This document shows positions 45,906 to 57,072 of a DNA stretch of 64,000 nt, in pieces; the first letter of the stretch is position 1; each line of letters opens with the position of its first letter. Below the pieces are notes generated by a model. That model ran no database searches and was not told where the DNA came from. It was given only the letters and a program-made list of their open reading frames with translations. The translations under genes and the position numbers were made by a program. The stretch comes from Eubacteriales bacterium (lineage in GTDB: Bacteria; Bacillota; Clostridia; Oscillospirales; CAG-272). The DNA is taken from the NCBI GenBank assembly GCA_051867895.1, contig JBJDZH010000011.1:82540-146539 (forward strand), in the 5' to 3' direction.

Positions 45906-46448
45906 ATGGCAGCAAGACTGAACAAGTTTTATAAGGACGAAGTCGCTCCGGCTCTCATGAAGAAGTTCGAGTACAAGAGTGTCATGCAGATCCCGAAGAT
46001 CGACAAGGTCGTCATCAACGTCGGCGCAGGCGAAGCAAGAGAAAACGCCAAGGCGATCGACAGCATCATGGCGGATATCGCCCTCATCTCCGGTCAGAAG
46101 CCCGTTCCGACCTACGCGAAGAAGTCCGTCGCTAACTTCAAGGTCCGCGAGGGCATGAAGATCGGCGTCAAGGTGACGCTCCGCGGCGAGAAGATGTACG
46201 AGTTCCTCGACCGCCTCTTCAACTTCGCACTCCCGCGCGTCCGCGACTTCAAGGGTATCAATCCGGACGCCTTCGACGGCCGCGGCAACTACGCCCTCGG
46301 CCTCAAGGAACAGCTGATTTTCCCCGAAATCGAGTACGATAAGGTCGACAAGATCCGCGGTATGGACATCGCGATCGTTACGACCGCAAAGACCGATGCA
46401 GAAGCAAAAGAGCTGCTCACCATGATGGGCGCTCCGTTTGCGAAATAA
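45906..46448 (+). CDS. rplE: 50S ribosomal protein L5
   Basis: ...[18 protein letters not shown]...[13 protein letters not shown]... Confidence 0.97.
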   Translation: MAARLNKFYKDEVAPALMKKFEYKSVMQIPKIDKVVINVGAGEARENAKAIDSIMADIALISGQKPVPTYAKKSVANFKVREGMKIGVKVTLRGEKMYEFLDRLFNFALPRVRDFKGINPDAFDGRGNYALGLKEQLIFPEIEYDKVDKIRGMDIAIVTTAKTDAEAKELLTMMGAPFAK

Positions 46449-46463
46449 GGGGAGGAGAAGAAT

Positions 46464-46649
46464 ATGGCAAAGACATCCATGATCCTGAAGCAGCAGAAAG
46501 AGCAGAAATACTCCACCCGCGAGTATAACCGCTGCAAGATCTGCGGTCGCCCGCATGCCTACCTCCGTAAGTACGGCATCTGCCGTATCTGCTTCCGCGA
46601 GCTGGCGTACAAGGGCGAAATTCCCGGCGTAAAAAAGGCAAGCTGGTAA
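46464..46649 (+). CDS. rpsZ: 30S ribosomal protein S14 type Z (zinc-binding, 61 aa)
   Basis: [46 protein letters not shown]. Confidence 0.95.
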   Translation: MAKTSMILKQQKEQKYSTREYNRCKICGRPHAYLRKYGICRICFRELAYKGEIPGVKKASW

Positions 46650-46789
46650 TCCGCACGCCGCCGCGCCGGTCCGCCGGCGCAAATCGTTCCGCACCGAAAG
46701 GAAACAGAGGGCTGTTTAACCATCGGTGAGCGGCCGCGCATACGCACGGCAGCAAGAATAATGTACTTGCATGACAGGAGGAAAAAACT

Positions 46790-47188
46790 ATGCAGATATC
46801 AGACGTTATCGCCGATATGCTCACCCGCGTGAGAAACGCAAGCAACGCACGCCATGAAACCGTTGATATTCCCGCGTCCAACATGAAGAAGGCCATTGCA
46901 GACATCCTTCTCGCCGAGGGCTATATCAAGGGCGTCCAGATCATCGAGGACGGCAAGCAGGGCATCATCCGCATCACCCTGAAGTACGAAGCCGGCAAGC
47001 AGAAGGTTATTCACGGCCTGCGCCGCGTGTCCAAGCCCGGTCTCCGCATCTACTCGAACTATGAGGATATGCCGAAGGTCATGAACGGTCTCGGCATCGC
47101 GATCGTGTCTACCTCGAAGGGCATCATGACCGACAAGGCTGCAAGACGCGAAAAAGTCGGCGGCGAGATTCTCGCCTTTGTCTGGTAA
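46790..47188 (+). CDS. rpsH: 30S ribosomal protein S8
   Basis: [13 protein letters not shown]...[14 protein letters not shown]...GGEILAFVW. Confidence 0.97.
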   Translation: MQISDVIADMLTRVRNASNARHETVDIPASNMKKAIADILLAEGYIKGVQIIEDGKQGIIRITLKYEAGKQKVIHGLRRVSKPGLRIYSNYEDMPKVMNGLGIAIVSTSKGIMTDKAARREKVGGEILAFVW

Positions 47189-47206
47189 GAGAGAGGAGAG
47201 AGTGCA

Positions 47207-47746
47207 ATGTCAAGAATAGGAAGAGAACCGATCGCGATTCCCGCCGGTGTCGAAGTGACGGTCGGCGAGAACAACGCAGTTACCGTGAAGGGTCCGAAGG
47301 GCACCCTCCACTACACGTTCCCGGCACAGCTTACCATCGCAAACGAGGCAGGCGTCCTGCATGTCACCCGCCCGGACGACGAGCAGGAAACCAGAGCTAT
47401 CCACGGCACGACCCGAGCGCTGCTGAACGATATGGTGATCGGCGTGACAAGCGGCTTTGAAAAGAAGCTCGAGATCAACGGCGTCGGCTACCGCGCACAG
47501 AAGTCCGGCAAGACCCTGACGCTCAACCTCGGTCACTCCCACCCGATCGTCTTTGAGGAAAGCGCGGACGTCACTTTCGACGTTCCGGATTCCAACACGG
47601 TCATCGTCAAGGGTGCCGATAAGCAGAAAGTCGGTCAGATGGCTGCCGTCATCCGCTCTCAGAGACCGCCGGAGCCGTACCTCGGTAAGGGCGTCAAGTA
47701 CAGCTATGAGCGCATCCGCCGTAAGGCAGGCAAGGCCGGTAAATAA
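47207..47746 (+). CDS. rplF: 50S ribosomal protein L6
   Basis: MSRIGREPIAIPAGVEV...PEPYLGKGVKY. Confidence 0.97.
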   Translation: MSRIGREPIAIPAGVEVTVGENNAVTVKGPKGTLHYTFPAQLTIANEAGVLHVTRPDDEQETRAIHGTTRALLNDMVIGVTSGFEKKLEINGVGYRAQKSGKTLTLNLGHSHPIVFEESADVTFDVPDSNTVIVKGADKQKVGQMAAVIRSQRPPEPYLGKGVKYSYERIRRKAGKAGK

Positions 47747-47764
47747 GGAAAGGAGACGTAAGCC

Positions 47765-48124
47765 ATGGTCGCAAAGAAAGATAAAAACGCGCAGCGCAAG
47801 AAGAGACACCTCCGCGTCCGCTCCAAGATCAGCGGTTCTGCTGAGCGTCCCCGCCTCGCTGTGTATCGTTCCAACAAGAACATCTACGCGCAGATCATCG
47901 ACGACGTGCAGGGCGCAACGCTTGTCTCCGCTTCTTCTCTCGAGGCTGGCTTCGAGGGTATCGGATCGAACAAGGAAGCTGCCAGAAAGGTCGGCAAGAT
48001 GGTCGCTGAGCGCGCAATCCAGAAGGGCATCGAGCAGGTCGTATTTGACCGCGGCGGTTATATCTATCACGGACGTGTATCGGAGCTGGCTGAAGGCGCA
48101 AGAGAAGGCGGTCTGAAATTCTGA
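47765..48124 (+). CDS. rplR: 50S ribosomal protein L18
   Basis: ...[20 protein letters not shown]...[13 protein letters not shown]. Confidence 0.96.
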   Translation: MVAKKDKNAQRKKRHLRVRSKISGSAERPRLAVYRSNKNIYAQIIDDVQGATLVSASSLEAGFEGIGSNKEAARKVGKMVAERAIQKGIEQVVFDRGGYIYHGRVSELAEGAREGGLKF

Positions 48125-48222
48125 TCCCGCAGGGACAGAATTTCTCCCGCTTCCGCCTCAGACAGAAGGCCGGTTTGTACACTGTTTAATTCAAAAAATT
48201 AAACATTCATAGGAGAAAAAGA

Positions 48223-48726
48223 ATGGCAAAAAGATTTGACCCCTCGACCGTTGAGCTTCAGGAAAAGCTCGTGGTCGTGAACCGTGTATCCAAGACCGTC
48301 AAGGGCGGCCGTATCCAGCGCTTCGCAGCACTCATGGTAGTGGGCGACGGCAACGGTCACGTCGGTTACGGTCTCGGCAAGGCTGCCGAGGTTCCGGAAG
48401 CGATCCGCAAAGGAATCGAAGACGCAAAGAAAAATATGATCGAGGTATCGCTCTACGGCACCACGATCCCGCATGACGTTCTCGGCGAGTACGGAGCAGG
48501 CTCCGTTCTTCTGAGACCTGCCTCCGAAGGTACCGGCATCATCGCGGGCAAGACGGTCCGCGCGATCGTCGAGCTTGCAGGCGTTAAGAACATCCGCGCC
48601 AAGAGCCTCCGTTCCAACAATCCGACGAACGTCGTAAAGGCAACCTTTGAAGCACTGAAGGCACTCCGTACGGTCGACGAGGTCGCGAAGACCCGTGGCA
48701 TCGGTGCCGACAAGGTGCTCGGCTGA
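48223..48726 (+). CDS. rpsE: 30S ribosomal protein S5
   Basis: ...[38 protein letters not shown]... Confidence 0.97.
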   Translation: MAKRFDPSTVELQEKLVVVNRVSKTVKGGRIQRFAALMVVGDGNGHVGYGLGKAAEVPEAIRKGIEDAKKNMIEVSLYGTTIPHDVLGEYGAGSVLLRPASEGTGIIAGKTVRAIVELAGVKNIRAKSLRSNNPTNVVKATFEALKALRTVDEVAKTRGIGADKVLG

Positions 48727-48736
48727 GGAGGACACC

Positions 48737-48916
48737 ATGGAAAACGTGAAAGTAACGCTCGTTAAAAGTCTGATCGGCGCCAAGCCGAATCAGAAGGCAA
48801 CGGCAGCATCCCTGGGGCTTCGCAAGATCGGCGACACGATCGTCCATGCCGACTCCACCGTGCTCGCAGGCAAGGTGAAGATCCTTGCGCATCTTGTAAC
48901 CGTGGAGAAGGCATAA
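48737..48916 (+). CDS. rpmD: 50S ribosomal protein L30
   Basis: Start at MENVKVTLVKS, 5 nt after GAGGAGGA. ...LGLRKIGDTIVH. Confidence 0.92.
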   Translation: MENVKVTLVKSLIGAKPNQKATAASLGLRKIGDTIVHADSTVLAGKVKILAHLVTVEKA

Positions 48917-48971
48917 CGCCCTCCGGCAGCACATCCTACATTTCTTGATTTCATAGAAGGAGGACTCATCC

Positions 48972-49412
48972 ATGAAGCTCCATGAACTTTCCCCGGCGGA
49001 AGGCTCTGTCAAGCCGGTATGGCGCAAAGGCAGAGGCGCAGGCTCCGGCAACGGCAAAACGGCAGGCAAGGGCCATAAGGGTCAGAATGCCCGTTCCGGC
49101 GGCGGCGTCCGTCCCGGATTTGAGGGCGGTCAGCTTCCGCTTTACAGAAAGCTCCCCAAAAGAGGTTTCAACAATAAATTCGCAAAGAGCTACGCGATCG
49201 TAAACGTGAGCGCGCTCAACAAGTTCAACGACGGCGATACGGTGAACCTGGCAACCCTGCTCGAGACTGGTCTGGTCACAAAGCCCGGCTGCGGTCTGAA
49301 GGTGCTTGGCAACGGCGATCTTTCCAAAAAACTTACCGTTGAGGCTGCGGTCTTTTCAGCAAGCGCCAAAGAAAAGATAGAAGCGGCTGGTGGAAAGACC
49401 GAGGTGATCTGA
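48972..49412 (+). CDS. rplO: 50S ribosomal protein L15
   Basis: [12 protein letters not shown]...[35 protein letters not shown]. Confidence 0.97.
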   Translation: MKLHELSPAEGSVKPVWRKGRGAGSGNGKTAGKGHKGQNARSGGGVRPGFEGGQLPLYRKLPKRGFNNKFAKSYAIVNVSALNKFNDGDTVNLATLLETGLVTKPGCGLKVLGNGDLSKKLTVEAAVFSASAKEKIEAAGGKTEVI

Positions 49413-49413
49413 G

Positions 49414-50703
49414 GTGTTCAAGACTTTTGTGAATGCCTGGAAGCTGGCGGATCTGCGCAAAAAGATGCTTTTTACGCTGATGATCGTCCTGCTGTACAGA
49501 GTCGGTGTTGCGATCCCGATCCCGTATCTGGATTCCAATATGCTCAGCTCCTACATGGCGCTGACAGACGGCTCCATCTTCCAGTACCTGAACATTCTGT
49601 CCGGTAACGCATTTTCACAGGCCACACTCTTCGCACTCGGTGTATCTCCCTATATCACCGCTTCCATCGTGATCCAGCTTCTGACGATCGCGATCCCCGC
49701 CCTCGAAGAGATGGCGAAGGAGGGTCAGGACGGTCAGAAGAAGATCAACCAGATCACCCGCTATGTTACAGTCGCGCTCAGCCTGATCACCGCGTTCGGT
49801 TATTATATGCTGCTGCGCAACAACGGCGTGCTGATCGACAACGGCGTGTTCCCTGCCATCGTTATCATCGCTTCCTACTGCGCAGGCGCTTCCCTGATTA
49901 TGTGGCTGGCTGAAAAGGTGAATGAGTTCGGTATCGGCAACGGTATCTCGATCATCCTCTTCGCCAACATCGTTTCCCGCGCCCCGCAGCTGCTCAGCTC
50001 CTTCTGGCGTTACCTCACCAACGGCAAGGTTACCGGTCCGATCATCGCGATCGTCTCCCTGATTATCGGTCTCGCCATGGTCACGTTCATTGTCTTCATG
50101 CAGGACAGCGAACGCCGCCTGCCAATCCAGTACGCCAAAAAGGTCGTCGGACGCAAGATGTACGGCGGTCAGAGCTCCACGCTCCCGCTCAAGCTCACGA
50201 TGACCGGCGTTATGCCGATCATCTTCGCAAACTCGATCGTTACCATCCCCGCAACGATCGCTCTGTTCTTCCCGACGCCGAGCGAGGGCTCCTTCTGGGA
50301 TAAGTTTCTCAACGCCTTCAGCTCCGGCTCCTGGCTGTATGCTGTCCTTACGTTCGTTCTGATTATCGCGTTCGCGTATTTCTATACCGCGATCACGTTC
50401 AATCCGATCGAGGTGGCAAACAACCTTAAGAAGAACGGCGGCTTCATCCCCGGCATCCGCCCCGGCAAGCCTACCGCAGATTATATCATGAAGATCCTGA
50501 ACCGCATCACCCTGATCGGCGCGATCTGCCTTGGTATCATCTCCGTCGTCCCCATGATCGCCAATATCCTGGCGAAGGGAACGCTCAGCGAGCTTGCCTT
50601 CAGCGGTAACTCCATCATCATCGTGGTCGGCGTAATTCTCGAAACGACGCGCGAGCTCGAATCCCAGATGACGCTGCGTCACTACAAGGGATTCCTTGAG
50701 TGA
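49414..50703 (+). CDS. secY: preprotein translocase subunit SecY
   Basis: GTG start. ...IPIPYLD..., LFALGVSPYITASIVIQLL, ten TM helices and operon position. Confidence 0.96.
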   Translation: MFKTFVNAWKLADLRKKMLFTLMIVLLYRVGVAIPIPYLDSNMLSSYMALTDGSIFQYLNILSGNAFSQATLFALGVSPYITASIVIQLLTIAIPALEEMAKEGQDGQKKINQITRYVTVALSLITAFGYYMLLRNNGVLIDNGVFPAIVIIASYCAGASLIMWLAEKVNEFGIGNGISIILFANIVSRAPQLLSSFWRYLTNGKVTGPIIAIVSLIIGLAMVTFIVFMQDSERRLPIQYAKKVVGRKMYGGQSSTLPLKLTMTGVMPIIFANSIVTIPATIALFFPTPSEGSFWDKFLNAFSSGSWLYAVLTFVLIIAFAYFYTAITFNPIEVANNLKKNGGFIPGIRPGKPTADYIMKILNRITLIGAICLGIISVVPMIANILAKGTLSELAFSGNSIIIVVGVILETTRELESQMTLRHYKGFLE

Positions 50704-50757
50704 GCCGCCTGTGGGATCCGGCACGCCGAAACTGAAAGAGCAAACGAGGTGTGGAAT

Positions 50758-51414
50758 ATGAAGCGTACTCTGAAACTCATTCTCCTCGGCGCCCCCGGCG
50801 CCGGAAAGGGAACGCAGGCGGAGAAGATCTCCGCGGCGTTCGCAATTCCCGCTATCTCTACCGGCGCGATCATCCGCGAGGCGATCGCGTCCGGTACCGA
50901 GCTGGGCAAAAGCGCCCAAAGCTATATCGGCCGCGGCGCGCTCGTCCCTGATGAGGTCGTCATCGGACTCGTGCGCGACCGGCTTGCGTCAGACGATTGC
51001 AGAAACGGATATATTCTGGACGGCTTCCCGCGCACGGTCCCGCAGGCGGAGGCTCTCGAGAAGATGGGCGCCGGCATCACCGACGTTCTCAGCATCGAGG
51101 TCAGCGACGAGCGGATCATCGAGCGCATGAGCGGACGCCGCGTCTGCAAAAAATGCGGCGCAACGTATCACGTCCTTTACAACCCTTCCTCCCGCGGCGA
51201 CCGGTGCGGAGTATGCGGTGAGCCGCTTACTATCCGTTCTGACGACGCCCCGGACGTTGTGCGCTCCCGCCTCGCGGTGTACCACGCACAGACGGAGCCG
51301 CTGAAGGCTTTCTATGAAAAGAAGGGGCTGCTGCGTACGGTCGAGGGACAGGAGAAACTCGAGGACACCACTGCGCTCACATTCCGCGCCCTCGGCGCCG
51401 CCGAGAAAATCTGA
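50758..51414 (+). CDS. adk: adenylate kinase (zinc-lid type)
   Basis: LILLGAPGAGKGTQAE, ILDGFPRT, and lid CKKCGATYH...CGVCGE. Confidence 0.96.
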   Translation: MKRTLKLILLGAPGAGKGTQAEKISAAFAIPAISTGAIIREAIASGTELGKSAQSYIGRGALVPDEVVIGLVRDRLASDDCRNGYILDGFPRTVPQAEALEKMGAGITDVLSIEVSDERIIERMSGRRVCKKCGATYHVLYNPSSRGDRCGVCGEPLTIRSDDAPDVVRSRLAVYHAQTEPLKAFYEKKGLLRTVEGQEKLEDTTALTFRALGAAEKI

Positions 51415-51432
51415 AAGAATCCAGGCAGCATC

Positions 51433-52185
51433 ATGATTTTTGTGAAGAATCCCGAACAGATCCGGCTGATGAAGGTCGCCGGCCGCATTACGGGGGAAGC
51501 GCTCGCGCTTGCAGGTGAAATGGTGCGCGAAGGCGTCACTACGGCACAGCTCGACGACTGCATCCGCCACCATATTGAAAAATGCGGCGCGCGTCCTTCC
51601 TTCCTCGGGTACGGCGGATTTCCTGCCAGCGCATGCATCAGTGTGAACGACGAGGTCATCCACGGCATTCCGTCCCACACCCGCGTGCTTCAGGAGGGCG
51701 ACATCGTCAAGATCGACGTCGGTGCTTTCATCGGCGGCTTCCATGGCGACAGCGCCAACACCTTTCCCGTTGGACACGTCAGTGAGGAGGCTGCCAGGCT
51801 GATCGAGGCGACGCGGGAGAGCTTCTACCGCGCGATTGAGGCAGCAGGCAAGCCGGGCGCGCGCGTCGGCGATATCGGCGCCTCGGTGGACGGCTACGTC
51901 CGCAGCTTCGGCTTCTCCACCGTGAAGAAATACGTCGGTCACGGCGTCGGGCATGAGCTTCATGAGGATCCCAGCGTCCCGAATTACGGCACGCCCGGTC
52001 ACGGCGTCCGCCTGTGCACCGGCATGGTGATCGCCATCGAACCGATGGTGAACGCCGGCGGTGCAGACGTGCGGGAGCTGCCGGATGGCTGGACCGTGAA
52101 AACAGCAGACGGATCGCTCTCCGCGCATTATGAGCATACGGTTGCTCTTACTCCGGACGGCGTGATTCTGCTGACGAAGGTCTGA
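51433..52185 (+). CDS. map: type I methionine aminopeptidase
   Basis: ...VIHGIPS...[10 protein letters not shown]...HGDSANTF...[10 protein letters not shown]...IAIEPM. Confidence 0.96.
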   Translation: MIFVKNPEQIRLMKVAGRITGEALALAGEMVREGVTTAQLDDCIRHHIEKCGARPSFLGYGGFPASACISVNDEVIHGIPSHTRVLQEGDIVKIDVGAFIGGFHGDSANTFPVGHVSEEAARLIEATRESFYRAIEAAGKPGARVGDIGASVDGYVRSFGFSTVKKYVGHGVGHELHEDPSVPNYGTPGHGVRLCTGMVIAIEPMVNAGGADVRELPDGWTVKTADGSLSAHYEHTVALTPDGVILLTKV

Positions 52186-52228
52186 GTCCGCATCCGCGGA
52201 AGCGGATGCCAGAGAGGAGGAGATTTTT

Positions 52229-52447
52229 CTGCCGAAAGACGATATAATCGAATTTGAGGGAACCGTAGTCGAGGTTCTTCCCAATGCAACCTTCAAGGTC
52301 AAGCTTCCGAACGATATGATCGTAACCGCCCATATCTCCGGAAAGCTTCGCATGAACTATATCCGAATTCTGCTCGGCGACAAGGTGACGGTCGAGGTGT
52401 CCATCTACGACCCCACGAAGGGCAGAATCACCTGGCGAAGCAAGTAA
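52229..52447 (+). CDS. infA: translation initiation factor IF-1 (apparent CTG start; absent from the supplied ORF track)
   Basis: Translation reads (L/M)[76 protein letters not shown] lies at 52216-52220, 8 nt upstream of the CTG. There is no in-frame ATG, GTG or TTG near the N-terminus. Confidence 0.85.
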   Translation: MPKDDIIEFEGTVVEVLPNATFKVKLPNDMIVTAHISGKLRMNYIRILLGDKVTVEVSIYDPTKGRITWRSK

Positions 52448-52482
52448 GCTGAGCCGCATACTTCTGAAAGGTGGTATAAGTC

Positions 52483-52596
52483 TTGAAAGTAAAGCCTTCC
52501 GTGAAAAAAATCTGCGACAAGTGCAAGATCATCAAGAGAAACGGCCACGTAATGGTCATCTGTGAGAATCCGAAGCACAAGCAGAGACAGGGCTGA
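52483..52596 (+). CDS. rpmJ: 50S ribosomal protein L36 (TTG start; below the ORF-track size cut-off)
   Basis: (M)[47 protein letters not shown]. Confidence 0.93.
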   Translation: MKVKPSVKKICDKCKIIKRNGHVMVICENPKHKQRQG

Positions 52597-52654
52597 TATT
52601 TCAGCCGCGCGTCCCAGGACGCATCCATACAAACCATAAAGAGGTGAAAAAACA

Positions 52655-53023
52655 ATGGCTCGTATATCCGGTGTCGATATTCCGAATTCCAAACGCGTCG
52701 AGATCGCTCTGACCTATATCTACGGAATCGGTCTGAAGAGCTCCCGCGATATCCTTGCGAAGACCGGCATCAACCCCGATACCCGCGCAAAGGATCTGAC
52801 CGAGGACGATATCGCAAAGCTCCGTGACGAGATCGAAAACCACTACACCGTGGAGGGTGAGCTCCGCCGCGAGGTCGCTATGAATATCAAGCGCCTCGTT
52901 GAGACGAACTGCTACCGCGGGATCCGCCACAGAAAAGGTCTCCCGGTACGCGGACAGCGCACCAAGACGAACGCGAGAACCAGAAAGGGTCCCGCGAAGA
53001 CGATCGCTAACAAGAAGAAGTAA
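52655..53023 (+). CDS. rpsM: 30S ribosomal protein S13
   Basis: [26 protein letters not shown]... Confidence 0.97.
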   Translation: MARISGVDIPNSKRVEIALTYIYGIGLKSSRDILAKTGINPDTRAKDLTEDDIAKLRDEIENHYTVEGELRREVAMNIKRLVETNCYRGIRHRKGLPVRGQRTKTNARTRKGPAKTIANKKK

Positions 53024-53040
53024 AGGAGTGAGCAAACTTC

Positions 53041-53442
53041 ATGGCTAAGGCAACCACGACAAAAAAAGTCATCAAAAAACGCCGCGAGCGCAAAAATATT
53101 GAAAAAGGTACGGCGCATATCAGCTCCACCTTCAACAATACGATCGTGACGATCACGGACACGGCAGGAAACGCCGTGAGCTGGGCCTCTGCCGGCGAGA
53201 TGGGCTTCAAGGGCTCCCGTAAGTCGACCCCGTACGCCGCACAGACCGCCGCCGACGTCGCCGCCAAGGCAGCAGTCGAGCACGGCATGAAGACCGTCGA
53301 GGTGTTCGTGAAGGGTCCCGGACCGGGACGTGAATCCGCTATCCGCGCACTGCAGGCAGCCGGACTTGACATCACCCTGATCCGCGACGTTACCCCGATC
53401 CCCCACAACGGCTGCCGCCCTCCGAAGCGCAGACGTGTATAA
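53041..53442 (+). CDS. rpsK: 30S ribosomal protein S11
   Basis: ...[20 protein letters not shown]...[17 protein letters not shown]. Confidence 0.97.
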   Translation: MAKATTTKKVIKKRRERKNIEKGTAHISSTFNNTIVTITDTAGNAVSWASAGEMGFKGSRKSTPYAAQTAADVAAKAAVEHGMKTVEVFVKGPGPGRESAIRALQAAGLDITLIRDVTPIPHNGCRPPKRRRV

Positions 53443-53467
53443 GGAAAACAAGGAGGAATAACCAGAT

Positions 53468-54094
53468 ATGGCAAGATATACAGGTCCTTCCTGCAAGCTC
53501 TGCCGCAGAGAAGGTAAAAAGCTCTTTCTGAAGGGCGACCGCTGCCTGAGCGATAAGTGCGCCGTCTCCAAGCGTTCCGGCGTGCCGGGACCGCATGCGC
53601 AGGCGCGCAAGACCGTAAAGGAATACGGACTTCAGCACAGAGAAAAGATGACCGCCCGCCGCTACTACGGCGTTCTCGAGAATCAGTTCAAGTCCTACTA
53701 TGTCAAAGCCGATAAGCAGGAAGGCGTCGCCGGTGAGAACCTTCTGAGCCTGCTTGAGCGCCGTCTCGACAACGTGGTGTACAGAATGGGTCTCGCCAGC
53801 AGCCGCAAGGAAGCGCGTCAGCTGATCCGCCACGCACATTTCACGCTGAACGGCAAGAAGGTGGACGTTCCCTCCATCATCCTGAAGGTCGGCGACGTGA
53901 TCGCACTGAAGGAAAAATCCCGTTCTTCCGAGAAATTCAAGGCTCTCGCTGAGGAGATGCAGGCAGTCATCACGCCGAAGTGGCTTGAGGTCGACCGTGA
54001 CAACTTCAGCTGCAAGGTCATCGCCATTCCGCAGAGAGACGATATCGACTTCCCGTTCGAGGAACAGCTTATCATCGAGCTCTATTCCAAGTAA
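53468..54094 (+). CDS. rpsD: 30S ribosomal protein S4
   Basis: MARYTGPSCKLCRREGKKLFLKGDRC... plus the S4 RNA-binding domain LERRLDNVVYRMGLASSRKEARQLIRHAHF. Confidence 0.97.
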   Translation: MARYTGPSCKLCRREGKKLFLKGDRCLSDKCAVSKRSGVPGPHAQARKTVKEYGLQHREKMTARRYYGVLENQFKSYYVKADKQEGVAGENLLSLLERRLDNVVYRMGLASSRKEARQLIRHAHFTLNGKKVDVPSIILKVGDVIALKEKSRSSEKFKALAEEMQAVITPKWLEVDRDNFSCKVIAIPQRDDIDFPFEEQLIIELYSK

Positions 54095-54247
54095 TAACCT
54101 GCCGGCAGCTTAGGATTCCTGCGGCAGGCGCCCCGAAGGGCGAGGCGTTTGTTTTCCGGATCCAAAGCGAAATTCAACCCGGCAAAAATCCGTCTGCCAG
54201 GCAAATGTGTGGATTTGCATACAAGATTAAACGGAGGGTTATTATTC

Positions 54248-55219
54248 ATGATTGAAATAGAAAAGCCGAATATTACGACTGTGAATCTGTCAGAGGACGG
54301 CAGGAACGGCAAGTTCATTATCGACCCCCTTGAGAGAGGATACGGGGTGACCCTCGGAAACTCCCTCCGCCGCGTACTTCTGAGTTCCCTCCCGGGCGTC
54401 GCCGTCACCTCCATCAAAATTGACGGCGTGCTGCATGAGATTTCAACGATCACCGGAGTAAAGGAGGACGTCTGCGAGATCGTCCTGAACGTCAAGGGCA
54501 TCACCGCCAAGCTGCATACCGATGCGCCGAAGCTGGTGACCATCGATATGACGGGACCGTGCGAAGTCACAGCAGGGGACATCAAGCCGGACGCCGATAT
54601 TGAAATCCTGAATCCTGAGCTTCACATCGCAACGCTCGGCGAAAATGTTCGTTTCTATATGGAGCTTACCTTCGACCACGGCCGCGGGTATATCTCCCAG
54701 GAAAAGAACAAGCAGCTCTTCGTCGCTGCGAATCAGGGTATCTCTGCGCCGATCGGAACCATATTCACCGATTCGATCTACACCCCGGTTTACAATGTAA
54801 ACTATACGGTGGAGAATACGCGCGTCGGTTCGAATACGGATTACGATAAGCTGACGCTGGAGGTGCTGACGAACGGCACAATTTCCGCAAAGGAAGCGAT
54901 TTCACTCGGAGCCAAGATACTCAACGAGCATCTCAATTTGTTCGTCGATCTTTCCGACGAAGCAAAGAACGCTGAAATCATGGTCGAGCGCGAGGAAACC
55001 ATAAAGGAAAAAGTCCTTGAGATGACCATTGAGGAGCTTGACATGTCCGTGCGCAGCTTCAACTGCCTGAAGCGCGCGGGCATTGACACGGTTGAGGATT
55101 TGACAAACCGCACCGAGGAAGATATGATTAAGGTCAGAAATCTCGGCAAGAAATCGCTGGAAGAAGTGATTCTCAAACTCCATTCGCTCGGTCTCGATCT
55201 GAAGAAAGAGGAAGAGTGA
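54248..55219 (+). CDS. rpoA: DNA-directed RNA polymerase alpha subunit
   Basis: Start at MIEIEKPN. ...[24 protein letters not shown]...; C-terminal domain [19 protein letters not shown]. Confidence 0.96.
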   Translation: MIEIEKPNITTVNLSEDGRNGKFIIDPLERGYGVTLGNSLRRVLLSSLPGVAVTSIKIDGVLHEISTITGVKEDVCEIVLNVKGITAKLHTDAPKLVTIDMTGPCEVTAGDIKPDADIEILNPELHIATLGENVRFYMELTFDHGRGYISQEKNKQLFVAANQGISAPIGTIFTDSIYTPVYNVNYTVENTRVGSNTDYDKLTLEVLTNGTISAKEAISLGAKILNEHLNLFVDLSDEAKNAEIMVEREETIKEKVLEMTIEELDMSVRSFNCLKRAGIDTVEDLTNRTEEDMIKVRNLGKKSLEEVILKLHSLGLDLKKEEE

Positions 55220-55266
55220 ACCGCGCCAACGGGCGCATTCAATTAAGCAAAGGAGGACATGTACAA

Positions 55267-55650
55267 ATGCCCGGTACCAGAAAACTCGGCAGACCGACTG
55301 CGCACAGAAACGCAATGCTCCGCGGTCTTGTCACGTATCTGATAGAGAACGGCTCCATCGAGACGACGCTCACGCGCGCAAAGGAAGTGCGCTGCATCAC
55401 GGAGAAGATGGTCACGCTCGCTAAAAAGAACACTCTCGCAACCCGCCGCGCCGCGCTTGCCTACATCACGAAGGAGGACGCTGTCACGAAGCTGTTCAGC
55501 GTCATCGCTCCGAAGTATGCGGATGTGAACGGCGGCTACACCCAGATCTATAAACTCGGACCGCGCCGCGGCGACGGCGCCGAGATGGCTCTTATCCGCT
55601 TTGTGGAGAAGGAAGCTCCCAAGACGGAAGAAGCCAAACCGGAAAAGTAA
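55267..55650 (+). CDS. rplQ: 50S ribosomal protein L17
   Basis: Start at [32 protein letters not shown]. Confidence 0.95.
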   Translation: MPGTRKLGRPTAHRNAMLRGLVTYLIENGSIETTLTRAKEVRCITEKMVTLAKKNTLATRRAALAYITKEDAVTKLFSVIAPKYADVNGGYTQIYKLGPRRGDGAEMALIRFVEKEAPKTEEAKPEK

Positions 55651-55661
55651 TAAACCTACCG

Positions 55662-55696
55662 AAAGGACGGCGTACGCGCCGTCCTTTCTCCTTTTC
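55662..55696 (+). terminator. intrinsic terminator ending the ribosomal superoperon
   Basis: AGGACGGCG / CGCCGTCCT stem (55664-55685) followed by TTCTCCTTTT. Confidence 0.75.
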
Positions 55697-55833
55697 TCCG
55701 GGCGGCATACTCCTGCACAGCCAGCGTCAGAGATATCGCCGGCGGATTCCGGGACGGCGGAATAGCCTCCGCGGCATTGACAACCGCGAAAAAACGGGGT
55801 ATACTTATTCCGGAGAAGGAAAGGAGATCGCCT

Positions 55834-56973
55834 ATGCGTTCACAGTATTCCCCTGAGCGGGTGTCCTATACGGACGCTCAGACAGGCGCTTCCGTTGTAC
55901 GGCTGACCGGATGGCGCGCCGCCAGCAATCATTTGTATTTCACAAACAACTGCTTCTACGATCACGGACGGTCCATTGTCTTTGAAAGCGACCGCGGCAA
56001 CGCACAGAATCTGTTTTCGCTTGCGCTGGACACCGGCGAGATCGAACAGCTGACCGATCTGCCCGTCCTGCCGTATCCGAAGAATTATGGACTGCTCGAA
56101 TCTTATGTCGACGCGACAGGCGCCCAGTGCTGCTTCTTCGCGGGCGACACGCTCTATCTGCTGGATATCGCCAAAAAGGAAACGCGCCCCATTTACCGCA
56201 TGCCGGAGGGCTTCTTTCACCATATCACGAGCATTTCCGCCGACGGAAAGTATGTGTATACTTCCATCTACGAGAGCACTGCGGACCGCCTCGGCGGAAG
56301 CGATCTGCAGGCGATCGCCGATGCGAAGCCGCTGAGCCGGATCCTCCGTATTGCAGCGGACGGAAGCGGCGCGGAGACCGTCTGGGAGGAGCATGCCTTC
56401 ATTGCGCATGTCAACGCTTCGCCGACCGATCCGAACCTTCTTACCTTCTGCCACGAAGGACGCTGGAATCTTGTGGATCACCGACTCTGGCTTCTGGATC
56501 TGCGCACGCGCACACCTGTGCGGCTCCATGTCTGCCGGTCGGGCGAATCCATCGGGCATGAATACTGGTATGCCGACGGAAAACGCATCGGCTATCACGG
56601 AAGCGCAGACGGACAGTGGCAGCTCGGCGTTGTGAACGCCGACGGCAGCGGCGACCATGCATGGCTCTTCCCGTTCCATACCGGTCATATTTTCTCGCTG
56701 GATGAACGCCTGATCGTCGGAGACGGAGGACGGGACGGCAGATACATCCGCGTCTGGCAGCTCGGGGAAAACGGCTATGAGCCGCCCCGCGCGCTATGCC
56801 TGCACAACTGCTCCTTCCGCCGCCAGCGCGCCCATGTACATCCGCGCCTGACGCCGGACGGAAAGGCCGTTCTGTATACCTCGGACGAGACCGGCTACGA
56901 GCAGCTTTACCTTGTCCGGCTCCCGGACGATATCGCCGCGCTGCCGCCGCTTGATACGCTTGTAAACATATGA
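55834..56973 (+). CDS. ogl: oligogalacturonate lyase (PL22 family, beta-propeller)
   Basis: YTDAQTGASVVRLT..., LTFCHEGRWNLVDHRLWLLD, GHEYWYADG and AHVHPRLTPDGKAVLYTSDETGYEQLYLVRLPDD parallel the Ogl family blocks. AAAGGAG RBS. Confidence 0.8.
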   Translation: MRSQYSPERVSYTDAQTGASVVRLTGWRAASNHLYFTNNCFYDHGRSIVFESDRGNAQNLFSLALDTGEIEQLTDLPVLPYPKNYGLLESYVDATGAQCCFFAGDTLYLLDIAKKETRPIYRMPEGFFHHITSISADGKYVYTSIYESTADRLGGSDLQAIADAKPLSRILRIAADGSGAETVWEEHAFIAHVNASPTDPNLLTFCHEGRWNLVDHRLWLLDLRTRTPVRLHVCRSGESIGHEYWYADGKRIGYHGSADGQWQLGVVNADGSGDHAWLFPFHTGHIFSLDERLIVGDGGRDGRYIRVWQLGENGYEPPRALCLHNCSFRRQRAHVHPRLTPDGKAVLYTSDETGYEQLYLVRLPDDIAALPPLDTLVNI

Positions 56974-57072
56974 TCGGAGTGCGGCGGGCGCCGGGAAATC
57001 CGTTTGAATAAGCTAACCATTTTCGCCCCGACGCTTTTCCCCCTTTCCGACAGAAATAATGGAGAAGACGAC

